Part shown: piece after piece, positions 39,032 to 48,516 of the stretch
How positions within the stretch are numbered: the stretch's first letter is position 1
Layout of the letters: each line of letters starts with the position of its first letter
DNA from: Planctomycetota bacterium
GTDB taxonomy: Bacteria; Planctomycetota; GCA-002687715; DRQF01
Direction: 5' to 3'
Length of the DNA: 64,000 nucleotides
NCBI GenBank assembly: GCA_011369445.1
Contig: DRQF01000195.1
Span: forward strand, 3,262-67,261
Translations under genes and position numbers: made by a program
The notes under the pieces: generated by a model
What the model saw: the letters and a program-made list of their open reading frames with translations, nothing else
Database searches by the model: none
Told to the model about the DNA's origin: nothing

Positions 39032-40276
39032 ATGGCATTGGAAAGGATCGGAAGACTGGCGACTCTCGGGCTTTGGGTGTTGCTCCAGAGCTGCTTTGTC
39101 GGTCAGGTGAAGGTGCGGACCGTGGACGGAGAGCTCCACGAGGGCCGACTGACCGCTTTGAGCGAGCAGGGGGATCTCGTTCTTTCGGGCATCGACGGCG
39201 CGACGCACCGCCTCTCGGCGCGGCGCGTCCTGTGGATCCGTTGGAGCGAACCCAAGGCTTCGGAGCCCGGCGCGGGGAGCCGCCTTCTTCGTTTCGATCT
39301 GTGGGGAGGGGACCGCATCTTCGGTGAGATCCAGTCCTCGGATTTCGACAGCGTGGTCTTGAAGCACTCCTTGCTCGGGCGCTTGGAGCTTCCCCTCGAC
39401 GCCGTGCATCAGGTCATGGTGTTGTCGAATGCCGCACGCCGAGGAGATCATCTCGGAGAGGATGCCCCCAAGGATCGCGACGTGATCTTCATGAGGTCCG
39501 GCAACTCCATCGACAAGCTGGCAGGTGACCTCATTCGACTGAAGAAGTCCGCGGCGGTTTTCGAATGGGGATCCGAGGAAAGCACTTTTCGTTTCAACGA
39601 GGACCGCGTCGTCGCCATCCGTCTCGCCGAGGAGGACGTCGTCGCCCGTCCCCAGGGCCTCCACGCCCAGGTGTTGCTGAAGGACGGTTCCCGATTCACC
39701 GGGCGTTTCTTCCGCAGTCAGGCCGGCCCGTTCCGTCTTCAAAGCCCCCTTGGTTTCGACGTGGAGATCCAGGAGAACGCTCTCGTCGAAGTGGGTTTTC
39801 GCGGGGGTGATTTCGTGTTTCTGTCGGACCTGGAACCGGTGAAGGTCGAGGAAACACCCTTCATCCAAGGAGACCTCGCTTTCGGGCTCCACCGGGACGA
39901 AGGTCTCCGGGGAGGTCCGCCCACCATCAGCGACGAGTACTTCTTGAAGGCTCTTTGCGTCCACACCCGCTGCGCCGTGACCTACCGCTTGGATGGCCGA
40001 TTCGAGTCCTTCGTGGCCGCCGTCGGCTTGGACGGCCTCGTCGCCGACAAGGATGTCCCGGGGAGCGCAGCCTTTTCCGTCCTCGGAGATGGTCGTCCGC
40101 TTTCCCCGGTGACGGTCATGAAAGCGGGAGAGCCCGCGCGGTGGATCTCGGTTACGCCCCTCGGAGACGTGCGGGAACTGACTCTCCTGGCCGACTTCTC
40201 CGAGAACTTCCATTTCAATGGATGGGCGGTTTGGGGCGACCCCGTACTCGTCCTGCCGCGCCCCACGACCCGATGA
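39032..40276 (+). CDS. Secreted protein with C-terminal NPCBM/NEW2-like carbohydrate-binding module
   Basis: Signal peptide with AAGGAGAG SD. The C-terminus ...ALCVHTRCAVTYRLDGRFESFVAAVGLDG...AAFSVLGDGRPL...RELTLLADFSENFHFNGWAVWGDPVLV follows the NPCBM pattern. Confidence 0.6.
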   Translation: MALERIGRLATLGLWVLLQSCFVGQVKVRTVDGELHEGRLTALSEQGDLVLSGIDGATHRLSARRVLWIRWSEPKASEPGAGSRLLRFDLWGGDRIFGEIQSSDFDSVVLKHSLLGRLELPLDAVHQVMVLSNAARRGDHLGEDAPKDRDVIFMRSGNSIDKLAGDLIRLKKSAAVFEWGSEESTFRFNEDRVVAIRLAEEDVVARPQGLHAQVLLKDGSRFTGRFFRSQAGPFRLQSPLGFDVEIQENALVEVGFRGGDFVFLSDLEPVKVEETPFIQGDLAFGLHRDEGLRGGPPTISDEYFLKALCVHTRCAVTYRLDGRFESFVAAVGLDGLVADKDVPGSAAFSVLGDGRPLSPVTVMKAGEPARWISVTPLGDVRELTLLADFSENFHFNGWAVWGDPVLVLPRPTTR

Positions 40277-43020
40277 CGATCCATCTCCCCTGGGACGGAT
40301 TCGCCCGCCCGGTCCTTCTGCTCGTCCTCGTCCCAGCGCTCCTGTTCATTGGCGTGGCGCTCTGGACGGCAGCCCGCCGTCCCCGCCGTCGGTTCCTTTG
40401 GCTCGCGCTGGCGATTCCGCGAGCTATTCTCGTGGCCGCCCTCGTCGTGCTTGCCGCCGGGCCGTGGGTCTGGGAGGAAGAGATCCGGCCGGGACGCCTC
40501 GAAGTCATGATAGATCTCTCCGCCAGCGAAGGGCCGGACGCCGCCGAGCGCGCGGTCGACTTGCTGCGATCTCGCATGAGCGACGTGCCTCGGTCCCGCC
40601 CGCCCACGCGTTGGGTCGTGGGAGGTTTTGCCGAGAATGGGCGCATTCTTGCCACGGGTACGGGGCTCTCCGGGGACGGGGCGACCGCCCTCGCGTCCCT
40701 CAAACAGAGGGACGTTCGAGCCCTCACCGGTCGGTGGAGCTCCGATCCTCGCGGTCTCGCCGTGAGTTTGGATGCCGCGCGGGAGGTGGAGGAGGACACG
40801 ACGCGATGGATCGTCACCGACGGGGCCCTTCCCGAGGGCGTCCCTCGACCCTCCGTACCCTCTTTCATCCTCCCGAGTCGCTCCGCGGCGTCGGATTCTG
40901 GGCTGCGCGATCTCGTCGTCGAAGGGACCATGCCGTTTCCGGAAGGCGAGCCCGTCGTCTTGCGATTGGCGTTTTCGGGAGAGGAGCCGCCGCCGCTCGC
41001 GTGGACCTGGGACGGCGAACAGGTGAAGACGCCCAGCGCCATCGAGAAGGGTGGCGCGCCCAGCGAACGCCGATTCCAGCTGCCACCCGAGTGGTTGACG
41101 CCCGGATGGCACCGCGTCGTGGTGCGGACTCCCACCGCGCCCTATGCCGTGGGATGCGCCTTGCGAGTGATTCCGAAACGCAGGCTGATCTATGTGACTC
41201 GGGACGTGGAAACCGATTCCGCGCCACTGCGGGCTCTCCGTGCCCAACAGATGGGCGTCGATCCCATGAAGCCCGAAATGCTGGGTGAGGCCCTGAAGGA
41301 CAAGGAGAGAATCTCCGCGGTCATTCTCGATAGGTTAGCGCCGGAAGACGTCACTCCCCTCGCCGAGAAAGAACTCGTGGAGCTCGTCCACGCGGGCCGG
41401 GGCTTGTGGCTCATTCCTCGCAGTCGGCGTGGCGATTTCTTGGCCTGGTCGCGAAGGCCACTCGGGCGTCTGCTTCCGGTGGCGGGCCTGCCCCCGCCTC
41501 CGGAGACCCCCCCCAAGTCGCCGCGCAAGCCGAAGACCAAGCCGAAGAAGGGCCTCTCCCGGCCCGACCCGAAGAAGTCCCACGAAGAAGAACGCGAGGC
41601 GCCGACGCTGATCCTCCTCTTGGTGATCGACAAGTCGTCCAGCATGAAGGATGGGAGCCGTCTCCACTTCGCCAAGCAGGGCGCCATCGCGACCTTGGCG
41701 CGGTTGCACCCGGAGGATCGGATCGGCGTCATCTCGTACAACACGGAACCTACTGAGGTCGTACCCGTGCAGCCGGTGGGGGAGAGGGAACGGATTGTGC
41801 GATCCATTCGACGCATCCGCGCCCAGGGCGGGACCGACATCAAGCGGGCGCTGGAGTTTGCCAAGCGCGTCCTCGACAGGGAGGAGGCCGCGGTCAAGAC
41901 CGTGGTTCTGCTGAGCGACGGTCAGACTCCCGCTTTCGACATCCGCAAGGTCTGCGAGTCCCTGGTGACTTCGGGGATCTCCGTCAACACGATCGGCGTT
42001 GGGTCGAATTTCGACCGAGGTACGCTGACCCAGATCGCCAAGTACGGCCGGGGGACTGGTCCGATTCCGGCCCACTCCTCCTCCCACATCCCGGCCGTCA
42101 TGGTCGACCTCGCCAATCGGATCGTCCGCGAACACGGGGCGCGCCGGCCCGAGGACGCGCGAGCGAAGAAGAAGGACGACATGGTGCGCAGCCGCAACAC
42201 GAAGACGGATGGCGGCCCGGCGAAGCAGGGTGTCTCCGCGGCGACCAAGCCGCCGAAGGCCAGGAGATTCCCAGTGAAGCTGAAGCGCCCCGCCTCCTAT
42301 CTCGTCGGTCTCGACGTGGCGAAGATCCCGCCGCTCTCAGGGCTCCACACGACGCGTGCGAAGGACGCAGCCTGGGTGTCCCTGGTCGCCGGCACCGAGG
42401 CCCCCTTGCTCGCTCACTGGCGCACATCCGGCGGGTGGGTGGCGGCCAGCACCGCGCCGGTCGAGGGCTCTTGGGGGCAAGCGTGGCCGCTCTTCGAGGG
42501 CTACGCGCGTCTGGTGGCTCAGATCGCGGCATTCCTGGAAGAAAGAAGACCTTCCCCCCCCTACGCGCTGAGGGCCGTGGGACAGGACGATCTCGTCCTC
42601 GTCTCCGTCGAACCTTCCTTGGACACGTGGAGGGTCGCCACCCTTCGCGACGAGCAGGGTGAGACCCTGGAGTTTCGAGAAGGGGTCAACCGCGACGGTG
42701 TACGTCTTCTCAGGCTGTCGCACCCGGTTCATGAGACCTTCCTCACCTTGGACCTGACGGGAAGCGACAACACACCTCACGGCTCGATCGTTTTCTGGAT
42801 GCCTCCCTCGCGAGAGTTGGAACCGGTCTCTTCGAAGGCCCCCCATGCCCTGGCGGAGCGTTGGGCAAGCCGAGTCGTCGACGCTTCGGCCGCGACGAGT
42901 GATCTTCTCCCCCGCCCCGGCGTGAGACGCCGCCGTCGCCCGGTGGCCCTGGCTTGGATTCCCAGTTTGCTGTTGGGGTTCGGCCTGGAATTGCTCTTGA
43001 AGCGGATGATCGCCCGATGA
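40273..43020 (+). CDS. Large membrane protein: BatA-like N-terminal TM domain plus vWA (MIDAS) domain plus C-terminal TM
   Basis: The N-terminus MTIHLPWDGFARPVLLLVLVPALLFIGVALW is aerotolerance-regulator-N-like. A Pro/Lys-rich linker follows. The vWA domain shows LLLVIDKSSSM (DxSxS) ...GGTDIKRAL...VVLLSDGQT. The ATG overlaps the upstream stop (ATGA). Confidence 0.7.
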   Translation: MTIHLPWDGFARPVLLLVLVPALLFIGVALWTAARRPRRRFLWLALAIPRAILVAALVVLAAGPWVWEEEIRPGRLEVMIDLSASEGPDAAERAVDLLRSRMSDVPRSRPPTRWVVGGFAENGRILATGTGLSGDGATALASLKQRDVRALTGRWSSDPRGLAVSLDAAREVEEDTTRWIVTDGALPEGVPRPSVPSFILPSRSAASDSGLRDLVVEGTMPFPEGEPVVLRLAFSGEEPPPLAWTWDGEQVKTPSAIEKGGAPSERRFQLPPEWLTPGWHRVVVRTPTAPYAVGCALRVIPKRRLIYVTRDVETDSAPLRALRAQQMGVDPMKPEMLGEALKDKERISAVILDRLAPEDVTPLAEKELVELVHAGRGLWLIPRSRRGDFLAWSRRPLGRLLPVAGLPPPPETPPKSPRKPKTKPKKGLSRPDPKKSHEEEREAPTLILLLVIDKSSSMKDGSRLHFAKQGAIATLARLHPEDRIGVISYNTEPTEVVPVQPVGERERIVRSIRRIRAQGGTDIKRALEFAKRVLDREEAAVKTVVLLSDGQTPAFDIRKVCESLVTSGISVNTIGVGSNFDRGTLTQIAKYGRGTGPIPAHSSSHIPAVMVDLANRIVREHGARRPEDARAKKKDDMVRSRNTKTDGGPAKQGVSAATKPPKARRFPVKLKRPASYLVGLDVAKIPPLSGLHTTRAKDAAWVSLVAGTEAPLLAHWRTSGGWVAASTAPVEGSWGQAWPLFEGYARLVAQIAAFLEERRPSPPYALRAVGQDDLVLVSVEPSLDTWRVATLRDEQGETLEFREGVNRDGVRLLRLSHPVHETFLTLDLTGSDNTPHGSIVFWMPPSRELEPVSSKAPHALAERWASRVVDASAATSDLLPRPGVRRRRRPVALAWIPSLLLGFGLELLLKRMIAR

Positions 43021-43988
43021 ACGCGTCGGCCCGCAGAGTCCCCCTCGCGTCCAAGGATTCCTTCGATCTGGCAATCAGCCTGGGAGATCCGCAAGGCATC
43101 GGACCCGAGATCACCTGCCGCGCCCTTCAGGCTATTTTCGAGGAGCAGCCGGGGCTTTCCGTTGTTCTCTTCGGCGATCGGGAGGTTTTTCTCGCGCGAG
43201 GCGGAGGCCCTCTGCTCGAACGGGGAGGGGGGCTCGTATTTCATGATGTCCCTTGGTCCCGTGACGGCGCCTCCCCTCCGTCGGCGAATGCGGGAGCGGC
43301 GGCATTCTCCGCCTTCACGCAGGCGGTCGATTTCGTCCACGAAGGCCGCGGGCGGGCGCTCGTGACCGCCCCGCTGTCGAAGGAGGCCGTGGCCCGGACT
43401 CAGCCCGGGTTTCGTGGGCACACGGATTGGCTGGGGAGGTACTTCGATCGAGACCCTCTGATGCTGCTCGCCTCGGATGCGATGAAGGTCTTCCTGGTCA
43501 CCGACCACGTTCCCCTGGGCCGAGTGAGTGGCGCCCTCACGCCGCGGAGACTTCGTTTCGTCCTTCTCCGGGCCCGAGAGTACCTGGTCTCGCGGTCGGG
43601 ATCCCGCGAGGTCCGTCTCGCCGTGTTGGGCTTGAATCCTCACGGGGGGGAAGGTGGGGAATTGGGGCGAGAAGAGCTGGACCTGATCATTCCGGCCATC
43701 GAGCAAGCAGGGGGGGAGGGCCGAGGGTTCTTCGGTCCCTTCGCCGCCGACTCCTTCTTCCGCCCAGAACGACTGCGAGGGTTCGACGGTGTCATCGCCA
43801 TGTACCACGATCAGGGCTTGATTCCTCTGAAGGCGCTCTCGTTCGGACAGGCGGTCAACGTGACGGTGGGATTGCCCATCAACCGCTGTTCGCCGGATCA
43901 CGGGACGGCCTTCGACTTGGCGGGCCGTTGTGTCGCCGACTTCACCAGCATGCTGATGGCGATCCGCCACGCACTCTCCTGCCGCTGA
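43017..43988 (+). CDS. pdxA: 4-hydroxythreonine-4-phosphate dehydrogenase
   Basis: AISLGDPQGIGPEI, GHTDWL, NPHGGEGG, YHDQGLIPLK, VGLPINRCSPDHGTAFDLAG. The ATG overlaps the upstream stop (ATGA at 43017-43020). Confidence 0.9.
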   Translation: MNASARRVPLASKDSFDLAISLGDPQGIGPEITCRALQAIFEEQPGLSVVLFGDREVFLARGGGPLLERGGGLVFHDVPWSRDGASPPSANAGAAAFSAFTQAVDFVHEGRGRALVTAPLSKEAVARTQPGFRGHTDWLGRYFDRDPLMLLASDAMKVFLVTDHVPLGRVSGALTPRRLRFVLLRAREYLVSRSGSREVRLAVLGLNPHGGEGGELGREELDLIIPAIEQAGGEGRGFFGPFAADSFFRPERLRGFDGVIAMYHDQGLIPLKALSFGQAVNVTVGLPINRCSPDHGTAFDLAGRCVADFTSMLMAIRHALSCR

Positions 43989-44074
43989 CATCGCGACTCG
44001 ATGGCCGCGATGTCCTCCCTTGCGGGCAAATTGGCATCGTCGCGCATCCGGGGGCAGGCGACGGAGTTGTGGTC

Positions 44075-44692
44075 ATGGTTCGACGAAAAAAGAGAATCCT
44101 GTTCGATGTTTTCGACGTCGTGGAGACGAAGAGTCCGCCCTCCCGTTCCCCCAGTAAGTCAAGATCGAAGACCCGAGCCGCCTTGCCGCCTCCGCCTGTG
44201 AGCTGGACCGAACGCGAAGTGCGGGTCTCCCTGGGATTCGTGGCGGCTCTCGCCGTCGTGGTCCTCATCTTCCTGGGAGTCGCCTACTGGATCGGTCTCG
44301 GGCAGGGAGCGCGTCGCGTGGAGGACGGTCGGTCGCCCCAGTTGCGGGTGACTCGGAACAGCAGAGCCCCCGCGCGGGGAGCCTTGGGGCGCCACTATGC
44401 CGTGAAAGCGGTGGAGAAAACCTACATCCCCGAGACCTTTCAGGATCGGAAGGACGAGTTTCGTGCCTACCGAAACCTTCTTCAGGAAAAGGGTTATGAT
44501 CTCGTCGATGTCTGGCAGTACCCGGACGACGAGCACCCGGGGAGCGGCAAGCTCGTGCTCTGGGTGGGGCGCGGTGCCCACGCCGGAGACCTGGAGGACC
44601 TGGCCCGCGAACTCTGGAGTCTCTCATTCCGAGGGTCATGGCCTTTTGAGTGCGCCTTTCCCGCGTTATTTACTGGGTCTCCGGCCCACTGA
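44075..44692 (+). CDS. Membrane-anchored protein with SPOR-like C-terminal domain
   Basis: Basic N-terminus, one TM (LGFVAALAVVVLIFLGVAYWIGL), then HYAVKAVEKTY...AYRNLLQEKGYDLVDVW...LVLWVGRG, which is a SPOR-like pattern. The upstream part of track ORF 43427 overlaps pdxA out of frame. Confidence 0.4.
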   Translation: MVRRKKRILFDVFDVVETKSPPSRSPSKSRSKTRAALPPPPVSWTEREVRVSLGFVAALAVVVLIFLGVAYWIGLGQGARRVEDGRSPQLRVTRNSRAPARGALGRHYAVKAVEKTYIPETFQDRKDEFRAYRNLLQEKGYDLVDVWQYPDDEHPGSGKLVLWVGRGAHAGDLEDLARELWSLSFRGSWPFECAFPALFTGSPAH

Positions 44693-44754
44693 CGCGACCC
44701 GTTGTCGCTTCAGCGACGTCGGAATTGGCGCTGAGCTCCTGGAGAGTAGGAACC

Positions 44755-44973
44755 ATGTCCCTGCATAAGAGTCTATCGACGGGCGGTAAGTTGAGTCGGG
44801 CCCGCAATGTGTTGACCCGAGACGAGCGCATCGCCCGCTTGATCGAAGAGGGTCGCTTCGTGGAGGGAGAAACGCCCGTCTACGGACTTCCCAAAGTGCG
44901 AACGATCGTCGCCAAGGTGAAGAAGAAGAAGAAGAAGAAGGAGGAGGAGACGGGGGAGACCGCGGCCTCCTGA
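44755..44973 (+). CDS. Small basic protein (72 aa)
   Basis: MSLHKSLSTGGKLSRARNVLTRDERIARLIEEGRF...GLPKVRT resembles the small-basic-protein family I recall from Planctomycete-like genomes. It has a K7E3 tail. Confidence 0.55.
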   Translation: MSLHKSLSTGGKLSRARNVLTRDERIARLIEEGRFVEGETPVYGLPKVRTIVAKVKKKKKKKEEETGETAAS

Positions 44974-45097
44974 GACGCTCCGGCCTCGGACAGCGGCGCC
45001 CCATGGCGGGGTCGCCGCCATTCCGGGCCGATCCCTTCGCCGATCGCAGCAGCCTCGCGTCCCCCTGGCCGCGAGGCTTCGTCATGGATGGGACGAT

Positions 45098-45868
45098 ATG
45101 CCCCAGGCAATGCACCCACAGGCCTCCGATCTCATCGAGGTGTTCTCCGCTCTGCAGGGCGAAGGACTCGTGGTCGGCTTGCGTCAGCTCTTCATCCGAT
45201 TCGGCCACTGCGACATCAAGTGTGCGTACTGCGATACGCCATTGTGCCACGTCGACCTGCCTCGGGCGCGGATCGAGGTGGGGGCCGGGAATCGGGTTTT
45301 CGAGTCCTGGCGGAACCCCGTTCCGTGGGACGATGTTTTTTTTGCCGCCAAGCGCTTGGTGGACTCAGGGCCGCGCCATGAATCCGTATCGCTGACCGGA
45401 GGGGAGCCTTTGTTGCACACGGACGCCATCCTTGCATTGGCTCCACGGCTCCGCGGATTGGGGCTCCCCATCTATCTCGAGACGAACGGCCACCTCGCCC
45501 AGGCCATGGCGGAGGTGCTTCCCGTCGTGGATCAGATCGCAATGGACATCAAGACGCCGGCTACGACGGGACTTCCCCCCCGCTTCGACGACAACAGAGC
45601 CTTCCTCGCTCTTCTCGCGGACAAAGACGTCTTCGTGAAGATCGTCGTCGGTGAAGGCATGTCGGATGAGGAGTTGGGGGCGGCTTTGGACGTCGTGGCG
45701 GGTGTCGCCCCGAAGACCCCGGTCATCCTTCAACCCGTGACTCCCCACCGGGGCGTCGGGACTCCCCCCACTCCATCACGACTTTTGGAGATGCACGCCT
45801 TGGCGACATCTCGTCTCCCTCATGTGCGGGTGATCCCTCAGACCCACAAAATGACAGGTCAGTTATGA
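45098..45868 (+). CDS. queE: 7-carboxy-7-deazaguanine synthase-like radical SAM enzyme
   Basis: EVFSALQGEGLVVGLRQLFIRFGHCDIKCAYCDTP carries the CX3CX2C cluster with a QueE-type N-terminal motif. Also LTGGEPLL. Confidence 0.8.
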   Translation: MPQAMHPQASDLIEVFSALQGEGLVVGLRQLFIRFGHCDIKCAYCDTPLCHVDLPRARIEVGAGNRVFESWRNPVPWDDVFFAAKRLVDSGPRHESVSLTGGEPLLHTDAILALAPRLRGLGLPIYLETNGHLAQAMAEVLPVVDQIAMDIKTPATTGLPPRFDDNRAFLALLADKDVFVKIVVGEGMSDEELGAALDVVAGVAPKTPVILQPVTPHRGVGTPPTPSRLLEMHALATSRLPHVRVIPQTHKMTGQL

Positions 45869-47208
45869 ATCCTGCATGCATCGCCATCGTCGGACGACCC
45901 AACGTCGGCAAGTCTTCATACTTCAACGCCGTGATCGGACGTCGTATCGCCATCGTCGAACCCACGCCCGGCGTGACGCGCGACCGGGTGAGCGTTCCGA
46001 TCGAACGGGGTGGCCGCATCTTCGAGCTGGTTGACACGGGCGGGATCGGCATCGTCGACGAAGCCATGCTGAACGAGGACATCGAGGGTCAGATCGACAT
46101 GGCGCTCCATCTCGCGGACGCCGTGGTTTTCATCGTGGATGGAAAGGACGGTCCCACGGCATTGGATCGCCAGGTCGCCGACCGCCTGCGACCGCTGGGC
46201 AAGCCAGTCGTTCTGGCCGTGAACAAGATCGATCACCCCAATCGCGAAAGCGCCGTGCTCGAATTCCATGCTCTGGGCATGGGCGAGCCGATTCCCCTCT
46301 CGGCTCAGGAGGGTTTCGGGGTCGAGGCCGTGTTGGAGAGGGCCATCGAGATTCTCCCCGACCGGTTCCGCGTTCCCGAGACGGAGGTCGAGGACGAGGA
46401 CGACGGACTGCTGAAGCTGGCCTTCGTCGGCAAGAGAAACGTGGGCAAGTCGACTCTCCTGAACCAGCTTGCGGGGGACGATCGCGTCATCGTGAGCGAC
46501 CTGGCCGGGACCACCCGCGACGCCGTCGATGCCGACATCGATTTCCATGGGCGACGGTTCCGTGCCATCGATACGGCCGGCATCATGAAGAAGCAGAAGG
46601 TCAAGAATTCCATCGATTTCTACAGCCAAGCTCGGACGGAAGCGGCAATTCGACGGGCGGACGTGGTTCTTTTTCTCTTCGATGCCACCCTGGAAGTCTC
46701 CCAGGTGGACAAAAAAATCGCTCGCCAGTTGGTCGATGCGGGGCGGCCCTCGGTGTTGGTCATCAACAAGTGGGATCTGGCCAGGGAAGGGATGTCCACC
46801 GAGGAGTATTTGGAGTACCTCACCTCACGCCTTCCGGGCCTCCATTACGCCCCAGTCGTCTTCATCTCGGCGCTTGAGAAGATGAACTTGGAAGGGGCGA
46901 TCGATGTCGCCTTCGACCTGCACGCCCAAGCCCAGGTGCGAATCGGAACGGGGGAACTGAATCGTGTCCTGGAGCAGGCGTTCGAGCGGCGGAAACCCGG
47001 GGGCCGCGACGGCTACAAGGCGAAGGTGTTCTATGGAACCCAGGTCGATCGCACGCCTCCCACCTTCATCATTTTCGTCAACGATCCGAGCCTGTTTCCC
47101 GCAAACTACCAGAGGTACATCGAGAACCGGTTGCGGGAGGCGTTCGCCTTCGAAGAGATCCCGCTACAGGTCTTTTTCCGTCGAAGGCAGTCCCTCTACC
47201 ACGATTGA
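45865..47208 (+). CDS. der: Ribosome-associated GTPase Der/EngA (tandem G domains plus KH-like domain)
   Basis: IAIVGRPNVGKSSYFN and LAFVGKRNVGKSTLLN P-loops, with DTGG/DTAG and NKID/NKWD motifs. Confidence 0.95.
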   Translation: MNPACIAIVGRPNVGKSSYFNAVIGRRIAIVEPTPGVTRDRVSVPIERGGRIFELVDTGGIGIVDEAMLNEDIEGQIDMALHLADAVVFIVDGKDGPTALDRQVADRLRPLGKPVVLAVNKIDHPNRESAVLEFHALGMGEPIPLSAQEGFGVEAVLERAIEILPDRFRVPETEVEDEDDGLLKLAFVGKRNVGKSTLLNQLAGDDRVIVSDLAGTTRDAVDADIDFHGRRFRAIDTAGIMKKQKVKNSIDFYSQARTEAAIRRADVVLFLFDATLEVSQVDKKIARQLVDAGRPSVLVINKWDLAREGMSTEEYLEYLTSRLPGLHYAPVVFISALEKMNLEGAIDVAFDLHAQAQVRIGTGELNRVLEQAFERRKPGGRDGYKAKVFYGTQVDRTPPTFIIFVNDPSLFPANYQRYIENRLREAFAFEEIPLQVFFRRRQSLYHD

Positions 47209-47289
47209 AAGAAGGGCGGGCAGCGGGCGTGCGGATCAGGTAGGATGTCCACAAGTGACGGCTGCATAACGCCTTGCAAGGAGTCATTC

Positions 47290-47748
47290 ATGCGTATCTT
47301 TGTTGCCTGCCTTGTGCTGGGGGTCTTGGCCGCGTGTTCGTCCCATTCGAACGAACCTTTCGAGGAAGAACGGGACGTCGAGGTGTATCACAGCTTCGAT
47401 CTCATGTGGAACCAGATCCAGAAGGCGCTGGCGAAGCGGTACGAACTGGAGGAGGTCGACGAGGCCGCGCGCAAGATCACGACCCGCTGGAACACGCACC
47501 TCGCTCCCTTTGCCGAGGGTGGGTATCGCACCCGTCTCATCGTCACCTTGAGCGGGGATGTGGGGCACTGGAAGGTCATGGTTCGAGAAGAGACTCAGGT
47601 GAACACCGAGCAGGAGAATCCGCTGGCCGCGGAGGAGGCGGAGTGGGAGGACTCGAAGTCGGAGGGAGGCGAGGCCAACCGATTCCTCGTGGCGCTCTTT
47701 CGGCTTCTCAATCCACGGCGTGACTGGCTCGATGACGAAGGCCGATGA
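47290..47748 (+). CDS. Lipoprotein, function unknown
   Basis: Lipobox MRIFVACLVLGVLAAC, with AAGGAG 7 nt upstream of the ATG at 47290. Confidence 0.5.
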   Translation: MRIFVACLVLGVLAACSSHSNEPFEEERDVEVYHSFDLMWNQIQKALAKRYELEEVDEAARKITTRWNTHLAPFAEGGYRTRLIVTLSGDVGHWKVMVREETQVNTEQENPLAAEEAEWEDSKSEGGEANRFLVALFRLLNPRRDWLDDEGR

Positions 47749-47984
47749 ACCGATTCGGTCCTCCCCATCGAGCGCGTGACGAGCGTTCCGAACCACACCG
47801 TCGGATCGGGAACGCGGAATCGCCGAAGTTTTTTTCTCGATGTGGTCGATCTTTTCTTGTTGAAGGTACTTGTGACGTACCTTATGTTCGAGTTTGCGAG
47901 GTGAAGGTGTTTCCGAATACCCGATCCTCTTGGTTGTGGTTTACGGGACCACGTAGCTTGACTCACTGATATAGGAGTTGGGAA

Positions 47985-48359
47985 TTGGCTAAGAAAGTGA
48001 CCAAAAAGGCGACCCGCAAGAAGGCCGCCAAAAAGAAGGTGACCAAGAAGAAGGTCGCCAAGAAACGGACCGCGAAGAAGAAGACCGCCAAGAAGAAGGC
48101 GACCAAGAAGAAGGCCGCGAAGAAGAAGGTCGCCAAGAAGCGGACGGCCAAGAAGAAGGTCGCCAAGAAGAAGACGACCAAGAAGAAGGCCGCGAAGAAG
48201 AAGACCGCGAAGAAGAAGGCGACCAAGAAGAAGGCCACCCGCAAGAAGGCGGCCAAGAAGAAGACCGCCAAGAAGAAGGTGACCAAGAAGAAGGCCGCGA
48301 AGAAGAAGGTCGCCAAGAAGCGGACGGCCAAGAAGAAGGCCGCTCGCAAGAAGAAGTAG
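47985..48359 (+). CDS. Histone H1-like Lys/Ala-repeat nucleoid-associated protein (AlgP/Hc1/BpH1-like)
   Basis: 124 aa, almost entirely (A/V/T)KKK(A/T)(A/T)KKK repeats. TTG start at 47985 with AGGAG 7 nt upstream. A strong terminator lies downstream. Confidence 0.7.
   Translation: MAKKVTKKATRKKAAKKKVTKKKVAKKRTAKKKTAKKKATKKKAAKKKVAKKRTAKKKVAKKKTTKKKAAKKKTAKKKATKKKATRKKAAKKKTAKKKVTKKKAAKKKVAKKRTAKKKAARKKK
48081..48339 (+). repeat. 79-bp direct repeat within the histone-like gene (copies 48081-48159 and 48261-48339, exactly 180 bp apart)
   Basis: The copies differ at one position (48100 C versus 48280 T). A 59-nt core is identical. Confidence 0.9.
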
Positions 48360-48383
48360 TCTTCCGCGATCACGCAAAAGACC

Positions 48384-48415
48384 AGGCGAGGCATCTTGGA
48401 TGCCTCGCCTTTTTC
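48384..48415 (+). terminator. Rho-independent terminator of the histone-like gene
   Basis: AGGCGAGGCATC-TTG-GATGCCTCGCCT (about 12 bp) followed by TTTTT. Confidence 0.85.
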
Positions 48416-48516
48416 GTGCGACCGGCCCCCCTGCCATTCCCCCGAACTTGCCGAATTCTTTCGCCTGAGGTGGAAGAGAGGCTATCCTTATGCGATCGAT
48501 ATCGTGAGGAGAGTTC

